64,000 bases of DNA from a virus: the IMG/VR virus record IMGVR_UViG_3300032296_001209, positions 33,354 through 97,353 of that record; one strand, 5' to 3'. The stretch's first letter is position 1; the number at the start of each line of letters is the position of its first letter. Of the stretch, positions 30,380 through 40,532 are shown piece by piece. The position numbers and the translations under genes were made by a program. Below the pieces are notes generated by a model. It was not told the DNA's origin. It made no database searches and saw nothing but the letters and a program-made list of their open reading frames with translations.

Positions 30380-33300
30380 TTATTTGTATTTGTTTAGCCA
30401 ACCGGTTTGACCACCTTCTTTGCGGTATGTTGGTGTAGTATTATTTAATAGATCGTAATAGTTTTTAATTCTTCTAGTATAAACACTATCTCCTTGTGCA
30501 TCTCCTGATTTTAAAGTATTAGGTGATTGCCAGGCATAACCAATTCTTTCAGCAACACTTAAATCAGCATTACCTTTTGTTTTCATTGTAACTACCAAGC
30601 TACCATTTTTAACAGATACTTTATATTTATCTGCTGCACCTGCTGTTTTATTAAGTAATTTTTGTGCAGCTACAGGATCTGGAGAACTTAACATACCACC
30701 TTCAAAAGGAGATAGATCAATTCTTTTATTAGCTTCTTCTACAAAAAATCCATCAGCATTATATTTAGATGTATTAGATCTAAGTGCATCTTTTATAATA
30801 TTAGAATTTTTTGTAAAGCTTCTATCTTTTGGTACTTTACCTTCATTATAATATCTCTCTGAATCTTTATCTAATTTAGATAGATATATCATAGTAGCAA
30901 CAGCTGATCCAGATGGTGTCTTAATAAGTTCAGGCTTTAAAATGTTATTACCACCATCATTTAAAATATATGGTTTGCTTGCAGCCTTTTTTAATTTATC
31001 ATCTTTAAATATATTGTCAGGATTTAATTGTGTCATACCAATAGTACTACCATCAATTATACCTAATGCTCCACCGCCCTCACTTTCTTGAGCAGAAATA
31101 GCTAAAGCAACTTTAGCTAATTCATCATACTTTTCAGAACTTATATTTAAGTTACGCATTAATTCACCTTTATTATTCATTAAAGCTGAATTAAATTCTG
31201 TCATCATTTGTTTATTAAATCTAGGAGCTCTCTTTGCTGATCCTTCTGGTATTTGTGCCCAAGGTTGATTAGCTGCAGCTAAGATTTTATTAGGATTAAC
31301 ATTAGTAGGGGGGATATAATTAAGTAATATACCTTGACTTCTAAGATTATCTTGTGTATTATTTAATATAGACTTTGGTGCAGATATATTTTCTAACTCA
31401 TAACTAAGAGAACTTCCAATATTTGCTTTAGCTTCTGTTAAAGTCATATACTTCTTTAAGAAACCATCATATACTATTGGTTCTCCAGTCTCACTATATC
31501 CAGTAACCATAGTACTATGATGACTTGGTTGCATACCAAACTGTTTATTATAACCTTTACTTCTACCACTATAGCTAGAATCTTTTTTATTTGCAGGACC
31601 CCAACCAATTACAGCTCCAACAGGTATTTGTTTGTAATCAATTGGAGTTGGATTATTAATATTAAATAAATTCTTACCACCATTTGCAACAATTACACCA
31701 TGAATATCCCAGCTATCTACCGTGCCTGAACCTGAGTCTCCAGCAAAATAAGGATACTGTTTAATATCATTAGCAGTTGGTGTTCCTTTTTTACTATGTA
31801 TCTTTAAATCATTACTCCAAATGTCAGAGCTTGTAGGAATACCTTGTATTCTTCCAGGAAGCATATCATAAGCATTTCTTGTAGTCTCTAAACAATTACC
31901 CTTAGGACAATATTCTTCAACTTTATTTAAATAAGCTAAATCAGCTTTGGTAATAGTAAGATCAGCTAAGTTAACAATATCATTTTTTGCTACTACTTTT
32001 CTTACAGCAGGTCTGGTTATTGCTCTTGGAGCATTACCTATAGGAACTAAAGGTGTATCAGCAGCTACTGGTTTTGGTTTAATGGGTGCAACAGGTTTTG
32101 GTTTCTCTGTCATTACCCTTTTAAACTCTGGATCTGATTCTAAAATTTCTGAGTAAGAAGGTGTTTTAACTGAAGGAATAGCAGACTCACTCATTGCTTG
32201 TTCCATTAAATCCTCTTGATCGTAATATACCTTATCTCTTAATATTCTTTGTTTTTGTTCTGGAAGAATTACAGGACTAACATTTTTAATATTAGCTAAC
32301 TGTGCATTTGATAAAGATCCTTTTTGAGAATTTATTTCTGCTAATCTTCTAGAATTAATATTACTTAAATCCGGTCCACTTTGTAAAATACTACTTTCAT
32401 CACCAGACTTTAAATAATACTTATATGTATCATCTTCAGGATCCTGGTAGATACCATATTTCTCACTTAAAGGATTCTTATAGAAGTTAGCAATATCTAT
32501 TTTAGAATTTAATTCTGGAAGATTCTCTCCACCATCTTGATAGTTATTAAGCCAACCACCATTCTTTTGTTCTGGTAATTGGGATGCTGCAGCTGCTCCT
32601 GCTACTAATGGAGCAACAGTTCTCATAGAACCATATACAGTTCCTGGATTATTAAAATATCCAAAGGCTTTTCCTTTTTTAATTGCATCTTCCCAAAGTC
32701 CACTGGATGATTGAGATTGTGAATTAAAACCAGGTTTTACTCTACCGAGATCTAGCTCTTTAAGATATTCATTTATACTATTATATGTACCAGTACCTCT
32801 TCTAGGAAGAGCATCAGAAAATACACTTGCTGTTGTATTCCTCATGTTTAATCCAGGGATAGCTTTAAAGTATTCGGCATTTGCAATATCTTCTACTTCA
32901 CCACGCCATTGACCAGGATTTATATCTAACATCCAAGTAGATTCTCCTTGAGGAATATTTCTATTACCCATAATTCCCCAACGGTCTGCGTAGTCTTGAA
33001 AACGAGGATCTATATTACCAGCTTCATCCATAAATCCACGATCTCTTAACTGATTAAGTACAGCAGTATCTGGAGCAAGTTTTTCAATTTGAGCTGGAGT
33101 ATTAAATGTTAATGCGCCAGATGGTGATAATCCTTTAACAGAATAGTCTAATCCTGATTTATTATTTCTAGAAATAATCTCATTAAGTCTATCTAATCTA
33201 GAATTAAAAATATCTACATACTCACTATTATCCATAGGTATAGTATTTGATAAATTTAAATTCCTTGTATTAGTATTAAAACCTAAACCTAAATTTATAG

Positions 33301-35812
33301 CAGGTTCATAAGGAACTACTTCACCTGTAGGTTTTAACACTGTCTGTTCAAATTCAGATTCAGACATTTTACTTAAAACCTCTTTATCTTTAGGAGATGC
33401 ATTCTTTAATATCTCTTCTTTTGTTAATCCAGATCTATTTTTAGCAATCTTTTTAAGTTTTCTTAAATCAATAGATTCAGCAGGATTTGCAAAAAGATTT
33501 GAAACATCTAACTCACTAGCATTATTATTCATCATCCTTACCCACTCATCAAAATAAGGACGTTCTATATCTTGATTAAAATAAGAATTAAATTGTCCAG
33601 TAGTTGGATCCACTATAATTTCTGATGGTGGTGAAGCTAATTGATTAGAAACATTAGGAGTAAAATCTGGTCTTACTCCTCTAGATCTATTTCTAATCAT
33701 ATTTTGTAAAGATCCTTTACCTAGATTTTTAGCTATACCAGCACCTACTAAATTAGTGGGATCTAATATAGCATCAGCTAAGAAAGAACCTACAGGATTC
33801 TGAATATTCATTGCTTCAGATGGCATCTGTACTTTACCAGTTGCTCCATATACAGAAGCTAACTGTGGTGCACTAAACGGAGCCATTACTGTTTCCATCA
33901 TAGCAGTACCTATACCACCAGCACCAGATGCATCATTGGGTTGTTTATACCAATCTTTGCCCCCGGTTGCAGTATTTATTCTTCTAGCCCATTGCTCCAT
34001 AAAATCATCTGATCTTTCATTGTATGGATCTAGACCAATTGCTTTTTCTCCTTTATGTACATATCCTCTTAACTTATCTAACCAAGAACGTTTCTTACGT
34101 ATATCAGCACCCTGCATTCTCTCTACATCAAAAGGAACTTCACCAGCATCTTGATATATATCTAACCAGTTGGTTTGACCACCTTGTTCGTATGTACTAA
34201 ATGGTAAGTATTTGCTAAGAGCAGACATATTTTTTTGACCTTTTTTCTGACCTCTTAAATACTGAACCGCTTTATCCTGATCTGGAAATAGAGAAGTTTT
34301 TCCACGACCTAAAAAAGTATTCTCACCTTTACGTAATTGATTTATTCTATCTGCATCAAGTATCCCTTCTTCTGGGTTATACAAAAATGGAGCAGTAGAC
34401 ATAGAGTTTAAATCCGTTTGTGTTAATTTACCAGTTCGCATTCTATCAACAGCACCTTCGCCGAGCACAAAATTTAACTCGTCATTTGTTAATTTACCGG
34501 TACCCATACTCATAATTCTTGCTTCTTCGGGCATACCTTCACCAAACTGTTGATTTATTTTGTATTCAGGAAGACGATCTCTCATTATCCTTACCGGTTC
34601 TATTTCACCTTTCCAGTAATCTCTGTAGACATATGAATCTTCTCGTGGAGTTTTCAAGTTGCTTACATAAAAATCTGCACGTTGTGGATTATCTAATGCC
34701 CATCTACCAGTAACATCATCAGGCGTTGCAACATTATTAAAATTTGCATGTTCGGTTCTGTATACGTTTTTATAAGTAGGCAATGTTAGTTTACCTGCAA
34801 TTCTAGAAGTTTCTGCTACATCATCGGCGTATCTTGAAACTGCTTGCGCCGCATTTTTAACCAAAGGTTTTGCTATTTTTCCTAATCCTTTTGTTAATGG
34901 AACAACATCAAAAGCGTTTAATCCTGCATTCAATAAATCGCTTCCTGCTTCAGCAAAATCACCCTGTGCGGCATTAACAGCAGCTGATCCCGTATTACCT
35001 ACCAAATCGATAGCAGAAAATGGATATGCAGCTGGGTTAACCATGTCTAATACATAGTCTAACGGATCAGCAGAACCTTTACGTTGTTGTGCTTGTGCTA
35101 CTAATGAACTAGCGTCTCTTGCTTTTTCATAAGCAGATTTAGCTTCTCCTTGACTAACACTACCTACACGTTTAGCATACTCTGCAGCTTCTGCAGCTTT
35201 TCTATTAGCAGCAGTAACGTTTGTATTCTGATTAACTACTCTAGTATTATCAGTATAGCCAGCATTACCAGCAGGACTAGTTCTCATATAGGGCTTACCT
35301 ACATTAGGTGTCCAACCAGCCCAACCACCTGTTTGATATTCATCTAACCATCCTGTCTCACCACCATCTTCTCTACGTTTATGATTATAGTCTATGCGCT
35401 TACCAGATGTTTTCTCTCTTTTAAACTTAGCTTTTTCTGATGATGACATTTCTGATGTAGTCTTAGGAGTTGTTTCATTTACCCGTTTGCTTGGTCTGCA
35501 TGCAGGATATGGTCTACCGTCTTTATCTTTACCTGATCTACCACATGCTTTACCTGTCTTAACATCCACCCATTTTTCATCAAACCATTGTGCTAAACCA
35601 CCTTTACCCATCTGGGGTATCTCAGTTACATAGTTACCGGGGAATGTATAATCCTGACCGGGCATCATCATTTGCTGATTACCTAAATCATCTATACCTA
35701 ATACAGGATAGTTAACCCCCTTCATTGTTATATCAGAAGAGGGTATAATTGTAACCTCACCGGGATATGCCCACTGACCTAAAGGAGATATGATAGGTTT
35801 TTTTCTAGCCAT
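30380..35812 (-). CDS. Multidomain virion cargo protein with C-terminal Cys-His amidase-like and lysozyme-like domains
   Basis: 1810 aa. WFDEKWVDV..CGR..YPACRPSKRV (DUF5872-like); four WLxxY repeats; NCL...DSW...HHS...VYDG (NlpC/P60/CHAP-like); AQES...GMTQ (transglycosylase-like). Confidence 0.65.
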   Translation of the reverse strand: MARKKPIISPLGQWAYPGEVTIIPSSDITMKGVNYPVLGIDDLGNQQMMMPGQDYTFPGNYVTEIPQMGKGGLAQWFDEKWVDVKTGKACGRSGKDKDGRPYPACRPSKRVNETTPKTTSEMSSSEKAKFKREKTSGKRIDYNHKRREDGGETGWLDEYQTGGWAGWTPNVGKPYMRTSPAGNAGYTDNTRVVNQNTNVTAANRKAAEAAEYAKRVGSVSQGEAKSAYEKARDASSLVAQAQQRKGSADPLDYVLDMVNPAAYPFSAIDLVGNTGSAAVNAAQGDFAEAGSDLLNAGLNAFDVVPLTKGLGKIAKPLVKNAAQAVSRYADDVAETSRIAGKLTLPTYKNVYRTEHANFNNVATPDDVTGRWALDNPQRADFYVSNLKTPREDSYVYRDYWKGEIEPVRIMRDRLPEYKINQQFGEGMPEEARIMSMGTGKLTNDELNFVLGEGAVDRMRTGKLTQTDLNSMSTAPFLYNPEEGILDADRINQLRKGENTFLGRGKTSLFPDQDKAVQYLRGQKKGQKNMSALSKYLPFSTYEQGGQTNWLDIYQDAGEVPFDVERMQGADIRKKRSWLDKLRGYVHKGEKAIGLDPYNERSDDFMEQWARRINTATGGKDWYKQPNDASGAGGIGTAMMETVMAPFSAPQLASVYGATGKVQMPSEAMNIQNPVGSFLADAILDPTNLVGAGIAKNLGKGSLQNMIRNRSRGVRPDFTPNVSNQLASPPSEIIVDPTTGQFNSYFNQDIERPYFDEWVRMMNNNASELDVSNLFANPAESIDLRKLKKIAKNRSGLTKEEILKNASPKDKEVLSKMSESEFEQTVLKPTGEVVPYEPAINLGLGFNTNTRNLNLSNTIPMDNSEYVDIFNSRLDRLNEIISRNNKSGLDYSVKGLSPSGALTFNTPAQIEKLAPDTAVLNQLRDRGFMDEAGNIDPRFQDYADRWGIMGNRNIPQGESTWMLDINPGQWRGEVEDIANAEYFKAIPGLNMRNTTASVFSDALPRRGTGTYNSINEYLKELDLGRVKPGFNSQSQSSSGLWEDAIKKGKAFGYFNNPGTVYGSMRTVAPLVAGAAAASQLPEQKNGGWLNNYQDGGENLPELNSKIDIANFYKNPLSEKYGIYQDPEDDTYKYYLKSGDESSILQSGPDLSNINSRRLAEINSQKGSLSNAQLANIKNVSPVILPEQKQRILRDKVYYDQEDLMEQAMSESAIPSVKTPSYSEILESDPEFKRVMTEKPKPVAPIKPKPVAADTPLVPIGNAPRAITRPAVRKVVAKNDIVNLADLTITKADLAYLNKVEEYCPKGNCLETTRNAYDMLPGRIQGIPTSSDIWSNDLKIHSKKGTPTANDIKQYPYFAGDSGSGTVDSWDIHGVIVANGGKNLFNINNPTPIDYKQIPVGAVIGWGPANKKDSSYSGRSKGYNKQFGMQPSHHSTMVTGYSETGEPIVYDGFLKKYMTLTEAKANIGSSLSYELENISAPKSILNNTQDNLRSQGILLNYIPPTNVNPNKILAAANQPWAQIPEGSAKRAPRFNKQMMTEFNSALMNNKGELMRNLNISSEKYDELAKVALAISAQESEGGGALGIIDGSTIGMTQLNPDNIFKDDKLKKAASKPYILNDGGNNILKPELIKTPSGSAVATMIYLSKLDKDSERYYNEGKVPKDRSFTKNSNIIKDALRSNTSKYNADGFFVEEANKRIDLSPFEGGMLSSPDPVAAQKLLNKTAGAADKYKVSVKNGSLVVTMKTKGNADLSVAERIGYAWQSPNTLKSGDAQGDSVYTRRIKNYYDLLNNTTPTYRKEGGQTGWLNKYK

Positions 35813-35816
35813 TTTA

Positions 35817-38800
35817 TTACCTAAATGAAGCTAACAATTTGTTATTACTGAGCTTCAATAAGAACTTAGATGAGCCAGAAACAAGTTTTTTCAATATAAC
35901 CTTGTTAAGGTAGTGTCTAAATTTCTTTCTTTGTGTAGCTCCCTTATTATAATTTACATAAGTTGCGTTAATATTCCTAATATAACCGTTGGCTTCAGTG
36001 ACCCACATGGGTGCAAAAGTACCAGTAAATTCACCACGGTCATTAGTAATATCCCAGAACTGATTAAACCTATACTTCTGTTCTTCTTTAGAGAATAAGA
36101 TATCAATGTTATTGACATTTACTAAAGGATAGTTATTAATTAAGTAAGGATTATTCTTAGGAGATAAGTTTAATCTTAAGTCCCCAGAGATCTGTTCTGT
36201 GTTATATACAATAGCCCGGTCAAAGTTCTCATCTAACAGATGATGATAATCTAAACAGTTAGGAGAGTATCTATAGCATTCTAAGATATATTCTACTGAT
36301 CTGGTTGTTGTAACGGTTTGACCTTGGTTCTGTACATACTCTATCTCAAAAGGATAGTTAACACCATAGTAGTTACAATAAGAATCACATACTAAGTTAT
36401 GTTTCCAGATACCATTATCCTTTACTGTCATATAGTAAGTCTTACTAGACATTACTAAGTTAGGATGCCAGTCATGGAATGATATAAAAGCTTTAGCTTT
36501 AGGATCATAGCTTACTGTCCAGGATGCATCTTCAAAGTAGGTAGGATCACCTAGATCAAACTGATATCCGGGGAAGTCTACATGCCCAAACTTATTACTG
36601 AATAAATAGATTACCTTACCCTTGTACTGTGGCTTAAGTTTAAAGTCACGCTTACAGAAGAATACAATCTCGTTAATGTTATCATATGTAGTTTGACAAC
36701 CTACACCAATGATTGTATTATCTAGAATATTAGATTCTATATCTGGGAAGTCTAGTAACAAAGCATAAGGACTATACTGTGAGAACCACCACTTCATACC
36801 GGACTTAGATATATCTTGTAGTCCTTGACCATAAGAGAATACTTTACCCTGATTTTGACTCATGTAGAATAATCCGGCTGGTGTATTGATTACAGAGAAT
36901 CTATTTTGACAGCTACCGTATTCAAACTCAGGATCAGCATTTACTAAATTCTGTAATGGTTGTGCATTAAACAACTGACCATCACCAATAGATAGTTTAG
37001 TACCACCATTAAGATCTAATGTTTCCACACCCTGGAATAAAACAGGAGATTCACCACTCAACATGATAATGGCCCCGGTCTTACCAACAGAACGCATGCT
37101 AACTACTTTAGAATCAAAGTCATAGTAATTATTAGCTAAGAACTGTCTCCAGTTATCTTTACTTAATTCAAACTGTTGTTGCAAAGAATAGATTACCCTT
37201 GTATCATATGTTGTGTAACATGATGTATTAGAGGGATCATAAATCCTAGATTGTAAGTTACCCCATGATGCAAAGTTTGAGAAGTGCTTACTAATACTTA
37301 AAGCATAATCATACTTCTGATAGTTAGTATCTTTGATATATGGAGTCCGGAACATTTCCTCATAATCTGTGTAGGTAGTAAAGTCATAATGTCTCTTACC
37401 TGGATCATCTCCATAATCTCTGTATGCTAAGTTAATCTCTGATTCTACATAAAAATCCCGGATACCAGAGTTAAACAAATACATGTATGCAAATCTTACC
37501 ATGAATGCACCAGATACTTTTCTTCTATCTAAATGGTGAAAGTCATTAGGTAATGCTTGATCACCACCGAATATACCACCCAATAAATCAGCGGCATTAT
37601 ACTTAGTAGTATCCATCCAATATCTTGGATAAGGAAGCATGTTATATAATCTATAATCCCACTCAGTATTATCTGGCAGATCTTGCATCCACTGAGAGAA
37701 ATAAAAGAATGTAGATTTCTCAGTATAGCGGTTAACATACATGTCACCACCAAAGATTACAGCTGATGTTGATCTAGCATTAGGTAAATAACCAGATGTC
37801 CATAAATTAATACAACCAACCGGTACTTGTCTGATATTATCTAACTGACCATACTGATTATCATTCTTAACTTTTAATGCAGCATAGTGAGCAGATGTAA
37901 CTGAAGACTGAGTAAAGCTTTCTGGTTTTCTCCAGATATCTCTTGCTGTAACAGTTTGAGGTTCAGCAGGAGCAGTAACATCATTTAAACCATAAGAGCT
38001 AGGAGCAGGTCTTCCATTCTCTCCTCTAGCCATTTGACCAATAGTAAATAATGTATTATCTACAACTGTAGGATCTGCAATAGGAGAGTTTAAAGATACA
38101 CTTACAGTGCTTGCCCGGAACAAGTTATTAATCCGATAGCTAGTATCATAATCCTGAATAACAGGATCAATGTATAAAGACTTGATAATCTCTCTTCTTC
38201 TATTACCTACGGGTGAAGAAGCAAAGTTTCTATAGAAACCATGTGATACATATTGATAAGCAAACTGTCTTTTACCACCAGCTGCTTCTATACCTTCAAT
38301 TAAACTTTGTGTAGATGCTAACCAGTAATAACCAAATAAAATAACATACTGACCTACTGCTCCAATTAATCCAAGAACAGCACCTGTAAATGGTTGAGCT
38401 GTAGTAGCAGTTCCGGCAATTGCTGGAATACCTGCTGTAATACCAGCAGAGATAAGAAAGTCTGTAATAGGAACAGCATTTCGTGCAGCAGCAACACCTA
38501 ATGCAATACCAGCAAGGTTAGCAATGATAGCAGATGTATCTGTAATAAACTTATCTTTAGGATGATTATCTACAGGTCTAAATCTACCTTCTACATCTCC
38601 CCATACTTGACCATATACTTTTAATTCTGTAGCTGATAAGAAAGGATTCCGGAATGTGGTTTCAGGTGAGTGAAAAGAAAAGATATCTCTCTTAACTCCA
38701 TCAAACAATTGTACATCTACAGCAGCAGAATTTCCAGTATGATACTTATCATCATCCATAGTACCACCACGAGTCTGTCTTATTTTAGGTAATCTCTTTT

Positions 38801-40532
38801 TATCTCTACCTAAGAAAGAATCATGATCTAAGAAGTTGTACGGATAGTTTACGTACAATCCAGTAATATTACTATCTATAATATCATAAGACCTCATGTT
38901 ATTAATGAGACCCTTTGCAATAATAGATCTATTAGCTTCTCTTGATCCTCTTAAGATCTCATAACCAATAATACTTCTGATAAGATTACCAGCAGAATCT
39001 TTTGGAAACTCAATATTAGAGAACTCTACACCTAAAGAAACAATAGTATCATTAGTTGTATTGTAGTTAGGAATAATAATGTCATCCGGAAACTTGTGGT
39101 GTCTAATTTCTAAACCACATAAGTTATCCCATACATCTGGTTTATTATCAGGATACTTTTCAGTAGACTGCCAGTAGGCCATCTCACCTTTAAATACAAT
39201 TGTACCACCATCATCAGTAGTACCAGTTGCTGGTACTTTAGTAGCAGTGTTGTTTACTTGCCAGTTTTGTTCTGGACCAAAGTTTACGATGTGATCCAGA
39301 CCAGAGTTATTACTAAGCTCTCCGGGTTTTGATGCACGTCCTGGTATATGGTAGCTAGATGACTTAGCACCTGTGTCATAAATCCAGCGTATAAAAAAGC
39401 TATATACTTCATCTCTTAAAAATGTTGGTTTGTTTCCGCCTTTATAATAATAGTCAGCAGGATATTCTACTCCTACCCAACTAGTAGCAATCTTATTAGC
39501 TAACGGTTGGTAGTTAAAGTCTTCATAGGTAGTTGGAGCAATACGGATAAGGTATTCATTTACATTATACATACCCTGTGATTTCTCATAAGCCGGGGTA
39601 CGTAATGGTATCTGCTCCAAAGGAACTGTGGGTAATGTAGGATCTACAGCATCTAATGATACAGTACTAGTCTGAGTAGAATAGTAACCAATTCTTCTAG
39701 CTACAGCTTGCTGATTAACAAAGCCTATAACTACTAACTCAAACTCATCATACTCTGTATCTAAACCATTAATGAAAATATCTAATGACCCGTTTACATT
39801 ATCATGTGTCCACAAAGCTTGTACGTTAGAGATAGCTAAGTAATCAGATACTCTAACTCCATTAACAGAATAAGCAATTGTAGCTTGGTATGATCCATTA
39901 AGTAATGTACCTAAGCCATTACCTTTCTTTACTTGAATACAAGGGGTTTTAGCATATGCTGCTAATCTTAGTTTATCACAATCAATAGTACCAGTAGATA
40001 CTTCATCTTTACATGGACCAGGAAGAATATCTGTAGTAAGATAAGGAACACCCTGCCAGTTACCTACTGGATAAGGCCATGAGTCCTGCTTACCAATATT
40101 CATAGTGCGGGATACATTGTATCCATCATCCCAATATAACTGCCATGAACAATCAGAGTTATATTTAGATACACCAATTACCGGATACTCTTTAAAGAAA
40201 TTAAAGCACTTGTTAAAAGGATCATTGTAGATAGTATTATACTCACAAGTCTCCTCATGAAATAATCCAATCTCAGAAGCAAAGTTATTACTAGAATAAA
40301 TAGCCCAGTAACCATCACCAATATACACTGTACCAATAATAGTATATGGGGCTCTAGTACATAATATGTTACTAGGCTCATTACCCAATACTCCAACGTC
40401 TCCAGAAGGAGAGTTGTTTACAGCATTTCTAGCATGCGTCCAATAACCTTCACCTACGTATGTATCATTTACATCTTTCAGTAAACCTTTATTGTATATC
40501 TCGGTGTGTATTAAACTGGTCTTGCCATCCAT
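35817..40532 (-). CDS. Tail stabilization / muzzle protein
   Basis: ~1571 aa, start MDGKT at 40532 (TAATG overlap). KGLLKD..WTHARNA, RDEVYSF, IRHHKFP, FGGDMYV and WTVSYDP..FISFHDW blocks; canonical position after the ring genes. Confidence 0.8.
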   Translation of the reverse strand: MDGKTSLIHTEIYNKGLLKDVNDTYVGEGYWTHARNAVNNSPSGDVGVLGNEPSNILCTRAPYTIIGTVYIGDGYWAIYSSNNFASEIGLFHEETCEYNTIYNDPFNKCFNFFKEYPVIGVSKYNSDCSWQLYWDDGYNVSRTMNIGKQDSWPYPVGNWQGVPYLTTDILPGPCKDEVSTGTIDCDKLRLAAYAKTPCIQVKKGNGLGTLLNGSYQATIAYSVNGVRVSDYLAISNVQALWTHDNVNGSLDIFINGLDTEYDEFELVVIGFVNQQAVARRIGYYSTQTSTVSLDAVDPTLPTVPLEQIPLRTPAYEKSQGMYNVNEYLIRIAPTTYEDFNYQPLANKIATSWVGVEYPADYYYKGGNKPTFLRDEVYSFFIRWIYDTGAKSSSYHIPGRASKPGELSNNSGLDHIVNFGPEQNWQVNNTATKVPATGTTDDGGTIVFKGEMAYWQSTEKYPDNKPDVWDNLCGLEIRHHKFPDDIIIPNYNTTNDTIVSLGVEFSNIEFPKDSAGNLIRSIIGYEILRGSREANRSIIAKGLINNMRSYDIIDSNITGLYVNYPYNFLDHDSFLGRDKKRLPKIRQTRGGTMDDDKYHTGNSAAVDVQLFDGVKRDIFSFHSPETTFRNPFLSATELKVYGQVWGDVEGRFRPVDNHPKDKFITDTSAIIANLAGIALGVAAARNAVPITDFLISAGITAGIPAIAGTATTAQPFTGAVLGLIGAVGQYVILFGYYWLASTQSLIEGIEAAGGKRQFAYQYVSHGFYRNFASSPVGNRRREIIKSLYIDPVIQDYDTSYRINNLFRASTVSVSLNSPIADPTVVDNTLFTIGQMARGENGRPAPSSYGLNDVTAPAEPQTVTARDIWRKPESFTQSSVTSAHYAALKVKNDNQYGQLDNIRQVPVGCINLWTSGYLPNARSTSAVIFGGDMYVNRYTEKSTFFYFSQWMQDLPDNTEWDYRLYNMLPYPRYWMDTTKYNAADLLGGIFGGDQALPNDFHHLDRRKVSGAFMVRFAYMYLFNSGIRDFYVESEINLAYRDYGDDPGKRHYDFTTYTDYEEMFRTPYIKDTNYQKYDYALSISKHFSNFASWGNLQSRIYDPSNTSCYTTYDTRVIYSLQQQFELSKDNWRQFLANNYYDFDSKVVSMRSVGKTGAIIMLSGESPVLFQGVETLDLNGGTKLSIGDGQLFNAQPLQNLVNADPEFEYGSCQNRFSVINTPAGLFYMSQNQGKVFSYGQGLQDISKSGMKWWFSQYSPYALLLDFPDIESNILDNTIIGVGCQTTYDNINEIVFFCKRDFKLKPQYKGKVIYLFSNKFGHVDFPGYQFDLGDPTYFEDASWTVSYDPKAKAFISFHDWHPNLVMSSKTYYMTVKDNGIWKHNLVCDSYCNYYGVNYPFEIEYVQNQGQTVTTTRSVEYILECYRYSPNCLDYHHLLDENFDRAIVYNTEQISGDLRLNLSPKNNPYLINNYPLVNVNNIDILFSKEEQKYRFNQFWDITNDRGEFTGTFAPMWVTEANGYIRNINATYVNYNKGATQRKKFRHYLNKVILKKLVSGSSKFLLKLSNNKLLASFR

